DNA of 64,000 nucleotides from Pseudomonadota bacterium (GTDB lineage Bacteria; Bdellovibrionota_C; UBA2361; SZUA-149; DAOLCO01): NCBI GenBank assembly GCA_027487795.1, contig JAIYCX010000039.1, positions 355,811 to 419,810 of the forward strand, read 5' to 3'. Shown piece by piece: positions 54,465 to 64,000 of this stretch (position 1 is its first letter; each line of letters starts with the position of its first letter). The notes under the pieces were generated by a model. It saw only the letters and a program-made list of their open reading frames with translations, ran no database searches and was not told where the DNA came from. The position numbers and the translations under genes were made by a program.

Positions 54465-55272
54465 TCTCACAAGTTGATCCTTCTACTTGGCTCATTATGC
54501 AAAAGTCAGAAAATACTTTTAAAAGACTTCTTGGACCACCGTTTGATATTTTTTTAAATTCTTCAATTGGAGGTACCTCGTTTAATCTAAATATAGAAAC
54601 ATCTTTTATAGAACCCTTAAAAGTGTTCGAAGAAACAATTCCTGAGGTTACATGAAAGTCCCCTTTCGAAATAATTTCGTCTAAGGGATCGACAAGTATG
54701 CCACCGATTTGTTTTGATGATTTAGAGGTAGGTTCATATTTATTATCTACCTTAGAAATAAATCCACTGATAAATGTAGAAGGTTCTATAATAAACGTAA
54801 CAGCTAGTTTTATATTTTCATTTAACTCAGGTACTGGTGAGAGCGAATACCAGCCACCTAGTCCATTTTTATCTTTCAAGTAGACATCAAACCTTGTTGA
54901 AGTTTTTAATCTCTTAATTGCAATTGCCCAGCCAGATGAAGGTGCTCTTTCTGAATCGTAATTAGTGATTAACCTCATTCTTTTATCGAATGTAGCTTCT
55001 GCGGTTTGTTCGATAAAAAAGCTAACTACAAAAGCTTCACCTGATTTTGGAAATAATTCTGGATTTGATTTTAGAAAAAAAGCTCTTTGTTTATCTTCAG
55101 AGCTCGCAGGTGTATCTCCTAGGACATCATCAGATAAATCTGCCCTAGGTGGTGGTGCTTTGATATCGTTAGGATTGTTTTCTTTTGCGGATTTGCAAGA
55201 GAAAACACAAAAGCTTAATATTATAAACTTAGTAAGAAAAGAAAAGAGTAACTTCTCTCTTCCTTTAATCAT
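54454..55272 (-). CDS. Hypothetical lipoprotein
   Basis: Signal peptide with FSC lipobox. No known motif. Confidence 0.35.
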   Translation of the reverse strand: MIKGREKLLFSFLTKFIILSFCVFSCKSAKENNPNDIKAPPPRADLSDDVLGDTPASSEDKQRAFFLKSNPELFPKSGEAFVVSFFIEQTAEATFDKRMRLITNYDSERAPSSGWAIAIKRLKTSTRFDVYLKDKNGLGGWYSLSPVPELNENIKLAVTFIIEPSTFISGFISKVDNKYEPTSKSSKQIGGILVDPLDEIISKGDFHVTSGIVSSNTFKGSIKDVSIFRLNEVPPIEEFKKISNGGPRSLLKVFSDFCIMSQVEGSTCEIKH

Positions 55273-55298
55273 AACAGTTTATATTATAAAGAATAAAA

Positions 55299-55841
55299 TT
55301 AATTAGTCTCTTCAGCCTTTGGCTTTCTTTTTTTCTTAGCTTGATCCATTTTAGACTTAGCATCAACAGCAGCTTTTCTTTCTTCATCTGACAAAGCGCT
55401 TTGAGCAGATACATCAACAGTGAAAACACCAATTACTTCTGAATGAAGCTTAATGTTTACTTCTTGCTTACCTAACTTTCTAATAGGTTCTTGTAAAATA
55501 ATTTGTCTTCTATCAACTTTTTTACCCTTAGCATTAAGAGCTTCAGCAATATCTCTAGTACTGATAGATCCGAAAACTTTATTACCATCTCCAACTTTCA
55601 AAGTTAAAGAAATAGTGACCTTCTTCCACTCTTCACAAGCTTGCTCAGCCTCAAGCTTAAGCTTCTTCTTTTTTGCAGCTATCTGAAGCATTCTATGATT
55701 GATAGCTTTTGAAGAGCCCGCATGAGCTTCAACAGCAAAGCCACGTGGTATTAAAAAATTTCTTGCATAACCTGGCTTTACAGAGATTTTATCCCCGATA
55801 TCACCTAAACCGATTACGTCATTTACTAAAAGAATTTCCAT
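55299..55841 (-). CDS. rplI: 50S ribosomal protein L9 with Lys-rich C-terminal extension
   Basis: MEILLVNDVIGLGDIGDKISVKPGYARNFLIPRGFAV. Confidence 0.85.
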   Translation of the reverse strand: MEILLVNDVIGLGDIGDKISVKPGYARNFLIPRGFAVEAHAGSSKAINHRMLQIAAKKKKLKLEAEQACEEWKKVTISLTLKVGDGNKVFGSISTRDIAEALNAKGKKVDRRQIILQEPIRKLGKQEVNIKLHSEVIGVFTVDVSAQSALSDEERKAAVDAKSKMDQAKKKRKPKAEETN

Positions 55842-55931
55842 ATCAATAAACCAGGATTACTTACAAATTATAAAACTACAAACAATAAAAATTAAAGTCT
55901 AAATATTAAAGCTATTTTTTATAGCAACTTA

Positions 55932-56375
55932 TTATATTACGACAGCCAAATCAGCATCTAACTTATCATCTGGATCTTCTACTTCAGGATCTAAAGATGA
56001 TGCAGCAGCGTTAGATGTTGGTCTGTAACCATATGTAAAATCCCCTTTTAATCTACCATCAAGATCTGGAGAATATTGGTTCTTTGTCATTACAGTACTT
56101 CTTAAAACTTCATCCATTAGCTTCATCTGTCTGCTTAAGTCTGTAACTAGACTACCTCGACCGCTTACATTAAGAGCGACAAACAAACCATATTTATAAT
56201 TGCTAATAGTATAAGCAAGAGATCTTCTGCCCCATACTTCTTTCTTATCTAGAGTACCACCATGCGCCTTGCATACTTCTTCAACTTTTTTAATTCTTTC
56301 CTCAAGTGCAGCATCTGGAGTGTTTGGATTAAACACCATTAATACTTCGTAACTTCTTTGTTTACTTCGAATCAT
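55932..56375 (-). CDS. rpsF: 30S ribosomal protein S6 with acidic C-terminal extension
   Basis: YEVLMVFNPN...WGRRSLAY pattern. Confidence 0.8.
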   Translation of the reverse strand: MIRSKQRSYEVLMVFNPNTPDAALEERIKKVEEVCKAHGGTLDKKEVWGRRSLAYTISNYKYGLFVALNVSGRGSLVTDLSRQMKLMDEVLRSTVMTKNQYSPDLDGRLKGDFTYGYRPTSNAAASSLDPEVEDPDDKLDADLAVVI

Positions 56376-56421
56376 AATTTACTCTCTATCTAATATACTC
56401 TAACTATACTTTTAACGAGCT

Positions 56422-57174
56422 TCACTTTTCCTGACTAGCAGCTTTAATGCTATTTGCTAAAAAACTTGAAACCTCTTTATATCCTTTATCTAAAATACTA
56501 CCACCTCTTGAGTTATTATTTAAAGAATCACCTTTAATATTCTCATAATAAACACTCAAAAAACGAAGTAGAGAATCAACACTTAAGGATTCTGCAAACT
56601 TCAACTTTTCTTTATCTAAACCAAATGGCTTACCCAACACCCAATTTGAAACATCACCCCGGTTAGAAGAATCAGTTCCAGGATGACCTACTCCAACTCT
56701 AAGTCGGTAAAACCACTCAGTGCTAAAGCTAGACAAAATGTCTTTTATCCCATTATGTCCTCCGGCAGATCCTCCAAGTTTAATTTTCACTACACCTGGT
56801 TCAAAATCTATTTCATCATGAACTACTATTAAAGGTAATGGATCACTTCTATTTATAGAAATATTTGACTTACCTTCTTTACTACCTTCATCATGAAAAA
56901 GCTTAAAATAGTCTGCATAAGCTCTAAAAACCTGTCCGCTTCTATTCATATAACCAAGCGGTTTGCAAAAATAAAGATTTTTATCTACTAGATTACTTTT
57001 ATGCCTAGCTTTAAAAACATCTATTTTAAAATCTCTATTACTCTTCCACCCTTCTACTACAAAATTACTATCCAGTGAAATTTTCCTAGATAATTCTTCT
57101 ATAATTTCGAAACCAATATTATGCCTGGTCCCTATATATTCTTGTCCGGGATTTCCTAATCCTAGAAAAACCAA
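56422..57174 (-). CDS. pth: Peptidyl-tRNA hydrolase with roughly 60-aa C-terminal extension
   Basis: LGNPGQEYIGTRHNIGF... and ...GHNGIKDI motifs. Confidence 0.85.
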   Translation of the reverse strand: MVFLGLGNPGQEYIGTRHNIGFEIIEELSRKISLDSNFVVEGWKSNRDFKIDVFKARHKSNLVDKNLYFCKPLGYMNRSGQVFRAYADYFKLFHDEGSKEGKSNISINRSDPLPLIVVHDEIDFEPGVVKIKLGGSAGGHNGIKDILSSFSTEWFYRLRVGVGHPGTDSSNRGDVSNWVLGKPFGLDKEKLKFAESLSVDSLLRFLSVYYENIKGDSLNNNSRGGSILDKGYKEVSSFLANSIKAASQEK

Positions 57175-57223
57175 CTAAGTCCTCCCGACAAGATAAAATT
57201 ACCTACTAAATAATATAATATAA

Positions 57224-57874
57224 CTACTTTTTAGCAGGAGTAGCTGCCGCAGCCGCTGGTGTTTCTACTTTTCTTTCCATTGTAGCAGTAACAATAGTTA
57301 AGCCGGGAATACTCTTTAAAGTAACTCCTTCAGGAAGTGGAACATCAGCTGCGTGAATAGAATCACCTGCTTCCATACTTGAAATATCAAGAACAAACCC
57401 TTGTGGAATTTTTGTTGGGAAACAAGCTACTTCTAATTCATAATTTGATTGATTAACAGTTGCTGTACCAAGTTTTACGCAAGCTGGTGTCCCAGTAATA
57501 CTAACTGGAATACTCACTATAACTTGGTGATCATCAGTTACTGCTAAAAATTCAACATGTAAAAGTTTTCCTTTAATAGGCTCTGATTGAACACTCTTAA
57601 CAAGACTCATCTTGTTTGAAAGTGCATCAATACCTTTAAATTTAAAAAGCTGTGTATGAGGCTTCCCTCTAGCAGCCATCATAAAGTCATGTGAATTCAA
57701 AAGAACTGACAATGACTCTCCTCCAGGTTGATAAACAACTGCAGGAAGTTTTCCTGATTTTCTTTGTCTTCCTGAATCACCTGAACCAATTCCAGTTCTT
57801 AGTGATACTTCTAATTCTATAGTTTCCATAAAAATCTCCAAATGTTTTGCCAAATTCTTTGGCAAATCAAGCAT
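57224..57874 (-). CDS. rplY: 50S ribosomal protein L25 / general stress protein Ctc
   Basis: ...RQRKSGKLPAVVYQPGGESLSVLL... Conserved prs-rplY-pth order. Confidence 0.8.
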   Translation of the reverse strand: MLDLPKNLAKHLEIFMETIELEVSLRTGIGSGDSGRQRKSGKLPAVVYQPGGESLSVLLNSHDFMMAARGKPHTQLFKFKGIDALSNKMSLVKSVQSEPIKGKLLHVEFLAVTDDHQVIVSIPVSITGTPACVKLGTATVNQSNYELEVACFPTKIPQGFVLDISSMEAGDSIHAADVPLPEGVTLKSIPGLTIVTATMERKVETPAAAAATPAKK

Positions 57875-58051
57875 ATTGATGCTTCTAAACCGCTAATTTG
57901 TATGCGGTCATCTAACAGACTTAATATCAGATCTCAAGTCTAAGATAGCTATAAATATACTAAAAAGTAATAAAAATTATTAAATATAAGAGCTTGCGGT
58001 TATTGAAGGGTATAAAATATTGGCTATTTAACTAATAAAGTAGCTTTACTA

Positions 58052-59008
58052 TTACTCTTCACCGAAAAGTAAGCTAACTGAAGCATCTTCATGAATTCTT
58101 CTTATTGCATCACCAATAAGCGGGGCAACGCTAAGTTTAGCCATCCAAGAATCCGTATCTTTACCTTCAAGATCAGAATGAAAAATTGAATCACTAGTGA
58201 TGAATTTTTTAATATGACTTGGTGGTAATAATTCTTTTGCGTTTCCAGATAAAACAGCATGGCTTGCTAATGCATAAACTTCCTTAGCACCTCTTTGTAG
58301 TAATGCTTCAGCCGCCTTAACCATAGTACCACCGGTATCAACCATATCATCTACAATAATAGCGATAGTATCATGAACCTCCCCTACTACATTCATTTCA
58401 GCAACTTCATTTGGGCCAGATCTTCTTTTATCAATAATAGCTAGCCCCGCATCAATTCGTTTTGCATAAGCTCGCGCTCTAGCAACCCCGCCTGCATCCG
58501 GTGAAACAATAGTAATCTGTTCGCCTTGAAAATTTTCTTTAACAAAATTTAACAACACTGGTCTTGCATACAAGTTATCAACTGGAACATTAAAAAATCC
58601 CATAACTTGTCCAGCATGTAAGTCCATAGTCAGAACTCTGTTAGCTCCGGCACAAACTATTAGATCAGCTACTAACTTCGCTGTAATCGCTACTCTAGGT
58701 TTAGTCTTTCGATCTTGTCTTGCGTAACCGAAGTAAGGTAATACCGCAGTTATTCTTTCCGCACTGGCTCTTCTTAGTGCGTCCATAATTATTAAAAGTT
58801 CCATCAAGTAATCATTTCCAGGATAGTTCGTACTTTGAATTACGAATACGTCGTGACCTCTAACGTTATCTTTAATTTCTACGCCAATTTCACCATCGCT
58901 AAAACTTCTAATTTCACAACTAGTTAATTTAACCCCTGCTTCTCTAGCTATAGCTTCACTAAGAGGTGGATTAGATCTTCCCGCAATTATAGATAAAGGA
59001 CCTCTCAT
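58052..59008 (-). CDS. prs: Ribose-phosphate pyrophosphokinase
   Basis: PRPP-binding loop IIVDDMVDTGGT. N-terminal SGRSNPPLSEAIA... 318 aa. Confidence 0.9.
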   Translation of the reverse strand: MRGPLSIIAGRSNPPLSEAIAREAGVKLTSCEIRSFSDGEIGVEIKDNVRGHDVFVIQSTNYPGNDYLMELLIIMDALRRASAERITAVLPYFGYARQDRKTKPRVAITAKLVADLIVCAGANRVLTMDLHAGQVMGFFNVPVDNLYARPVLLNFVKENFQGEQITIVSPDAGGVARARAYAKRIDAGLAIIDKRRSGPNEVAEMNVVGEVHDTIAIIVDDMVDTGGTMVKAAEALLQRGAKEVYALASHAVLSGNAKELLPPSHIKKFITSDSIFHSDLEGKDTDSWMAKLSVAPLIGDAIRRIHEDASVSLLFGEE

Positions 59009-59155
59009 GAAATATGTAACTCCCTAATTATTTTATGAAAAAATATAAAGATTCTATTGTTATGATACCTTTTAGACAAATTTTGTCTACTTTTACACCT
59101 AAGTTATGCGGTAAATAAAAATAAGATAGCTTATAATGACACAATTACTACTACC

Positions 59156-60253
59156 TTGAGTAATAACAGCACTATGAACAGGTTATTGATAATTCTATTT
59201 TGTGCGCTTTCTGCTTGTAACAATAGCGAGGGAAGCAGTAATTTTCTAAAAAGTCTAAAACCAGGCTCTGATCTTTTTGCGCCATCTCAAAATACACAGC
59301 CCTCTTCTAAAAAAACAGGGGTTATTAAATCCATAATAAAACCAAGCAAAGAAGATATAGTATCGGAAGAAAACTCAATCAATGACTGCCCTAAAGGAAC
59401 AACTAGAGCAGGGAAAGGTTATCCTAGAGGAAATAAACAATGGTGCTTTTATAAAGATGAAGACGGAAAAGAAATTAAGCATGGTGAATTTAGACAGTGG
59501 AATAATAACGGTAGCATTGCACTAAAATGTACCTATGCTGATAACGAGTTAGAGGGTGATCTAATCACAAGTTATCCAGATGGGGAAATTAAAGAAAAAA
59601 CTAATTATGTTCACGGTAGAAAAGAAGGCGTATCAACTTATTACAATAAGGATGGAAGTAAAAAATTAGAAGCTAATTATAGACAAGATTTATTAAATGG
59701 ACTTTATACTGAATACGGTAGGAATGGCGCTATTTTAATGAAAGGTAGCTTTCTAAATGATCAAAGAAATGGATTGTGGGAAGATTATGATCAGAGAGGT
59801 AATTTAAAAATAAAGTCTGAATATAAAGACGGTGTAAAACATGGGAAAGCTATACTATATAACAGAACTGGCTCCCCAAGTGCACAAGGAATGTTTAGTC
59901 AGGATACAGAGATTGGTCATTGGATATTTTATAATAATGAAGGCCAGAAAAAAACAGAAGGTAATTTTGTAGATGGTAAAAAGCATGGTCGTTGGGTAGA
60001 TTATAATAAGAACTCACAGCCTATCAGAAATACCTACTTTGATATGGGTAGGAAGGGAGAAAGTTATGCAATTTCAACTAAAGTAGGAAGCGATGGAAGA
60101 GTCGGAGGCTTTGGTAAAGGTGATATCTTAGGAGAAGAGCCCCTCCCTGTTCAAAAAAACTCATATAGTACTAATACTTATGAAGAAAAAAGATCTAAAA
60201 AAAGAGATAACAAACCTGCTCCATTAGAAAAAGAGGGTTGGTCAGCCTTGTAA
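59156..60253 (+). CDS. MORN-variant (YwqK-like) repeat lipoprotein
   Basis: Lipobox LSAC. Roughly seven repeats of the GxxxxYYxNGxxxxEGxYKDGKKHG type. Confidence 0.55.
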   Translation: MSNNSTMNRLLIILFCALSACNNSEGSSNFLKSLKPGSDLFAPSQNTQPSSKKTGVIKSIIKPSKEDIVSEENSINDCPKGTTRAGKGYPRGNKQWCFYKDEDGKEIKHGEFRQWNNNGSIALKCTYADNELEGDLITSYPDGEIKEKTNYVHGRKEGVSTYYNKDGSKKLEANYRQDLLNGLYTEYGRNGAILMKGSFLNDQRNGLWEDYDQRGNLKIKSEYKDGVKHGKAILYNRTGSPSAQGMFSQDTEIGHWIFYNNEGQKKTEGNFVDGKKHGRWVDYNKNSQPIRNTYFDMGRKGESYAISTKVGSDGRVGGFGKGDILGEEPLPVQKNSYSTNTYEEKRSKKRDNKPAPLEKEGWSAL

Positions 60254-60355
60254 TTTTAAACTAAGATCCTTTTAGACCAGAGCCACTTAGTGTAAGTTAC
60301 TCATTAAAGTATTAATAAATTACTTTAATAAATCCAAGTAGCACTACACAAATAA

Positions 60356-60778
60356 ATGACAACAATTAAAGAAGATACTACGAGTGAGATAGAAGAATCT
60401 AAGGAACCTGAAATATTAGTTCGGGTTAAGACAGAAGCTATCGAAAGTGAGTCAGACTTAAGTGCTCCATTCTTTGCATTTAGTTATAATATTACAATAA
60501 CTAATAAGAGCAGCAAAACTATTCAACTAATTAACCGACATTGGAAAGTATTCTCAGGTGGAAAGCAAATAGCGGATGTAAAAGGCGAAGGTGTAGTAGG
60601 ACAACAGCCATCTTTACGTTCAGGAGATTCTTTTGAATATAGTAGCTGGACAGTGACTAGAGATGGAATAGGCTCAATGTACGGTACATTTACATTCCAT
60701 ACAGAAGACGGAGAATTTATTGATGTCCCCGTCCCTGAATTTGAATTAATCTTTAAAAATAGATCTACAGTTCATTAA
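60356..60778 (+). CDS. apaG: ApaG (DUF525) domain protein
   Basis: FAFSYNITITNKSSKTIQLINRHWKV...G.GVVGQQP.L.PG..F.Y.S pattern. Confidence 0.7.
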   Translation: MTTIKEDTTSEIEESKEPEILVRVKTEAIESESDLSAPFFAFSYNITITNKSSKTIQLINRHWKVFSGGKQIADVKGEGVVGQQPSLRSGDSFEYSSWTVTRDGIGSMYGTFTFHTEDGEFIDVPVPEFELIFKNRSTVH

Positions 60779-60782
60779 AAAA

Positions 60783-61529
60783 TTATTCGCTCTTCTTACT
60801 TAAAAAAGGAGTGATTAATTCTATAGGTAATGGGAATATAGTTGTACTATTATTTTCTGTAGCTATTTCACTAAGAGTCTGAAGATATCTAAGCTGAAGG
60901 GCACCAGGAGCGGCACTAATAATAGTAGCAGCTTGGTTTAACTTTTCAGCAGCTTGGAATTCACCTTCTGCATTGATTATCTTAGCTCTTCTATCTCTCT
61001 CTGCCTCAGCTTGACGAGCCATTGCTCTTTGCATTTCAGGTGGCAGATCAATATGCTTTAATTCTACTAAAGAAACCTTTATACCCCATGGATCAGTTTG
61101 GGTATCTAAGATTTCCTGAATTTTATCATTAATAACTTCTCGATTAGTTAATAATTCATCAAGCTCAGCACTACCGCACACACTTCTTAATGTTGTTTGC
61201 GCTAACTGACTGGTTGCGTAATGATAATTTTCTATTTCGTTAATTGCACGGTTACAATCGATAACCCTATAGTATATAACTGCATTAACTTTTAGAGATA
61301 CGTTATCTCTTGTGATTACATCCTGCGGTGGAACATCCATTGTGATAGTTCTGGTATCTATCCTCATGGCTTTTTCAATTATAGGTAGCACAAAAATAAG
61401 TCCAGGTCCTCTGCCCCCAACTAACCTACCTAATCTGAAAATTACGAGACGTTCATATTCTTTTACAATTTTTACAGCATTTCCGGATAAAAAAACTATA
61501 ATAGCAATTAGTAATCCTATAAAACTCAT
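60783..61529 (-). CDS. SPFH/stomatin-like protein
   Basis: N-terminal TM and stomatin signature region (...[25 protein letters not shown]...). Confidence 0.75.
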   Translation of the reverse strand: MSFIGLLIAIIVFLSGNAVKIVKEYERLVIFRLGRLVGGRGPGLIFVLPIIEKAMRIDTRTITMDVPPQDVITRDNVSLKVNAVIYYRVIDCNRAINEIENYHYATSQLAQTTLRSVCGSAELDELLTNREVINDKIQEILDTQTDPWGIKVSLVELKHIDLPPEMQRAMARQAEAERDRRAKIINAEGEFQAAEKLNQAATIISAAPGALQLRYLQTLSEIATENNSTTIFPLPIELITPFLSKKSE

Positions 61530-61546
61530 ATTTAGCCTTCTTGTTT

Positions 61547-62902
61547 TTATTTTTCTTTAACTATTAATATTATACCTGAGACGGAAACTACCTCAACTAT
61601 ATTCCCGATTTCATTATTTTTTAATTCTGAATCAATATCAGCATTCCAAGTTTCGCCATCTATCTCAACCTTACCTCGAAATTTGTTACTACCTTTAATT
61701 GGTGTAAATATTTTTTTAATCCTAGCTCTTTTCCCTATCAATCCCTCCTTGCCTGTAACAACTTTTTGTTTCAAAGTGTTAGATGCAAGAAGAACAAGAC
61801 CTAGGATAATTAGACCTATTGTAAATGAGATCCCACCGACAGCAACTTTATCTACCGAAAAACCTTCTGCAGCCCAAATAAAACTAGTATCTACTGCATA
61901 GATTGCTCCAAGTGCAAAGCAGGCAACTCCTATTAAGCCGAGTACACCAAAAGTGGGAGTAAATGCCTCAACAAGTATTAAAACACCTCCGAGCAAAAGT
62001 AATCCCACTCCGCCTGTATTAATTGGTATAACTTGTGAAGCTACTAAAGTTAATATAAGACAAATTACTCCAATAAGCCCAGGAATAATAAGCCCCGGGT
62101 GATAAAATTCTGCGATAATACCACCCATAGCAGCTGCACCAAGGAGGCCTGTTACATTAGGATCGGAAATAGTATTAACTACGAGTTGTTTCATGGTCAT
62201 TGATAAAGCTATTTTTTCTCTAGCCGATAAATCAGGAAGAGTTACTTCTTTATTATCTACTTTAATCTTTTTGCCGATAGCTTTTTTAAGTAAATCATTA
62301 GTATCTTCAGCAGTAAAATCTACTACTTTTTCTATTACTGCTTCTCTATCAGTTAAACTAACACTTTCCCTGACTGCCTTTTCAGCCCAAGAAACATTTC
62401 TTCCTCTTTGTTCTGCTATTGCTCTATTCATCGAAGCTGCAAAGTTCTCTACTTTTCCTCGCATATCTCCTTCTACATTTTTACCATCTCCAGAAACAGG
62501 ATGTGCCGCACCAATAGTTGTACCGGGTGCCATAGCTGCAACATGAGCTGCCATTGTAATAAATACCCCAGCAGAAATTGCCCCACCACCTTTTGGAGAA
62601 ACAAATATAAAAACAGGTACTTTAGAATCTAAAAATAACTGAGTAATTGTTTGAGTAGAAGGCAGTAATCCTCCGGGAGTATTTAATTTTACTAATAAGG
62701 CACTACCTGAAACTTTATCTATTTCAGCAAATCCACTTTTAAGATAATCCACAGTGGCAGGATTTATGGTACCGTCAATCTCTAAGATAACTATAGGACC
62801 ATTGTTCACTAAGCTGTCTAGTAAATCGTCAGAATAAGCATTTGCAGAAAATAAATTTACCATCAGAAAAAACAGTAAATATATAAATTTTAATATTTTC
62901 AT
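61547..62902 (-). CDS. NfeD-family membrane-bound ClpP-class serine protease (stomatin operon partner)
   Basis: ClpP-like domain, multi-TM segment and C-terminal OB-fold. The stop overlaps the stomatin gene region upstream. Confidence 0.7.
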   Translation of the reverse strand: MKILKFIYLLFFLMVNLFSANAYSDDLLDSLVNNGPIVILEIDGTINPATVDYLKSGFAEIDKVSGSALLVKLNTPGGLLPSTQTITQLFLDSKVPVFIFVSPKGGGAISAGVFITMAAHVAAMAPGTTIGAAHPVSGDGKNVEGDMRGKVENFAASMNRAIAEQRGRNVSWAEKAVRESVSLTDREAVIEKVVDFTAEDTNDLLKKAIGKKIKVDNKEVTLPDLSAREKIALSMTMKQLVVNTISDPNVTGLLGAAAMGGIIAEFYHPGLIIPGLIGVICLILTLVASQVIPINTGGVGLLLLGGVLILVEAFTPTFGVLGLIGVACFALGAIYAVDTSFIWAAEGFSVDKVAVGGISFTIGLIILGLVLLASNTLKQKVVTGKEGLIGKRARIKKIFTPIKGSNKFRGKVEIDGETWNADIDSELKNNEIGNIVEVVSVSGIILIVKEK

Positions 62903-63678
62903 TTTGTAACTTCCTTAAGAACTAATTTAAAATCTTCCCAAAAATCTTTTTTAGCAGGAGGATTTCTTAATACATAGGCTGGATGAATAGTTGGCATTAC
63001 TTTAATTCCTTTATATTCCATCCAAGTGCCTCTAACTTTCGTAATACCCTCTTTTATATCACAAATTACTTTAGCAGCAGGAGCGCCGAGTGTAACAATT
63101 AACTGAGGTTTTATAAAATTAATTTGCGCATCAATGTATTTTCTACAAGCTTCTAATTCTTGAGCTAATGGAGCTCTATCCTCAGGAGGTCTACATTTAA
63201 TGACATTTGCAAAATAAAGGTCTTCCCTTTTCATTAGCAAGCCTTTTTCAATAGCAGCAAAGAGTAATTGTCCAGCCGGACCTACAAATGGCTCCCCTGT
63301 TCTATCTTCTTCAATACCTGGCCCTTCTCCTATAAACATTATTTTAGGACGATTAGTATTACCTGAGCCAAAAGCAGTTTTATTTCTACTTTCACATAAC
63401 TTACAATCTGTGCAATTTGCTACTTTAATAGCTAAATTCTCTAATGAAGAATACATACTTTCTGGTCCAGCTTGATTAGACGAGACTATAACAGGCATAA
63501 CTTGAGTAGTTACCGGACTTTCTATAGTTGGGACTGAAGAAGAGACTTCTGTAGAAACTGCTAATGATGAAAGAATAGGCTTTTCTTTCAAATATTCATC
63601 AAACTTAATATAACTATCTACTCCCAGCCAGTTCTCATACAGCTTAGTTATTTCGTCATTTTGAATTTTATTATTCAT
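62899..63678 (-). CDS. Uracil-DNA glycosylase, family 4, with about 90-aa N-terminal extension
   Basis: CxxCxLCESR 4Fe-4S ligands, GEGPG motif and FVGPAG motif. Confidence 0.7.
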   Translation of the reverse strand: MNNKIQNDEITKLYENWLGVDSYIKFDEYLKEKPILSSLAVSTEVSSSVPTIESPVTTQVMPVIVSSNQAGPESMYSSLENLAIKVANCTDCKLCESRNKTAFGSGNTNRPKIMFIGEGPGIEEDRTGEPFVGPAGQLLFAAIEKGLLMKREDLYFANVIKCRPPEDRAPLAQELEACRKYIDAQINFIKPQLIVTLGAPAAKVICDIKEGITKVRGTWMEYKGIKVMPTIHPAYVLRNPPAKKDFWEDFKLVLKEVTK

Positions 63679-63679
63679 A

Positions 63680-64000
63680 TCAATGTAAACTTTGAAGACA
63701 ATAATTTACGATATCAAACGAAAGTTCTTGTTTTGGTTTTGGACCTAATTTTTTGATACTTCCATCTTTACTAATTACCCATACAGTACCAGAATCTGTA
63801 CCCATATTTTCATCAGAAAAGTTCGCTACTATTAAATCTAAATTTTTTTCTATTAATTTTTTCTTAGCGAAATTTATTAATTCCTCTTCGGTTCCAGTTT
63901 CAGCAGCAAAACCTACTATATATAAAGGTGCTCCAACTCTTTCTTTAAAGACAGTTCTATCCTTAGCAATATTGCATATGATGTCAGGATTTATTACTAA
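63680..64000 (-). CDS. coaBC: Phosphopantothenoylcysteine decarboxylase/phosphopantothenate-cysteine ligase CoaBC, C-terminal portion (5' end outside window)
   Basis: Minus-strand translation ...GFAAETGTEEELINFAKKKLIEKNLDLIVANFSDENMGTDSGTVWVI... matches the CoaB domain C-terminus. Confidence 0.6.
   Translation of the reverse strand, partial: LVINPDIICNIAKDRTVFKERVGAPLYIVGFAAETGTEEELINFAKKKLIEKNLDLIVANFSDENMGTDSGTVWVISKDGSIKKLGPKPKQELSFDIVNYCLQSLH

Noticed and set aside
1-64000. CRISPR arrays, IS elements, integrases, prophage genes
   Set aside because: No run of regularly spaced direct repeats, and no transposase or integrase-like ORF, was seen anywhere in the window. The only repeated sequences are the cassette-associated repeat A and the MITE-like elements.

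Overview
AT-rich (roughly 30-35% GC) Gram-negative chromosomal segment, probably proteobacterial and possibly gammaproteobacterial: a periplasmic-binding-protein-like lipoprotein (LpoA-like) follows dnaK-dnaJ, and secG is followed by tRNA-Leu(GAG). Housekeeping genes dominate: dnaK (3' part), dnaJ, nadC, pgeF, asd, truA, secG, miaB, trmL, rpsF, rplI, pth, rplY, prs, udg and coaBC (3' part). Several accessory features stand out. (1) A compact type III secretion export-gate cluster, sctI/fliE-like, coiled-coil sctO/fliJ-like, sctR, sctS, sctT, sctU. Here sctU/flhB is split exactly at the position of the NPTH autocleavage motif into an N-terminal membrane-domain gene and a separate 92-aa C-terminal-domain gene. 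A GAF sensor histidine kinase gene lies between the two halves, and an FHA-domain tail-anchored protein follows. The SctR sequence looks injectisome-like (YscR-like) rather than FliP-like. A flagellar hook gene (flgE) lies about 25 kb away. (2) A 4.5-kb gene encoding a 1509-aa protein with no signal peptide, a Ser/polar-rich N-terminus and a C-terminal GNAT acetyltransferase fold. It is a candidate secreted effector or toxin. A GC-rich roughly 180-nt candidate structured RNA precedes it and a tandem-wHTH MarR-like regulator converges on it. (3) A two-unit cassette-like insertion array sits at the 3' end of a GT4 glycosyltransferase gene in an LPS/polysaccharide locus (GT4, GT4, Wzx flippase, ArnT-like GT-C). 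Each unit is built from a roughly 195-bp promoter-like repeat with a 55-bp identical core containing an extended -10 box, then a leader, one GC-rich foreign cargo gene (a DEDDh 3'-5' exonuclease or a Cys/His-rich unknown), a rho-independent terminator, a 114-bp MITE-like element with 23-bp terminal inverted repeats, and a copy of the glycosyltransferase 3' end. The upstream copy is a diverged in-frame 64-codon remnant. (4) A cobalamin riboswitch lies upstream of a btuB-like TonB-dependent receptor. (5) A second TonB-dependent receptor has His/Asp/Glu-rich loops (ZnuD-like). Other genes include a subtilisin with FG-GAP repeats, a pair of SPFH lipoproteins and a stomatin-NfeD pair. No CRISPR array, transposase or integrase is recognisable in the window.
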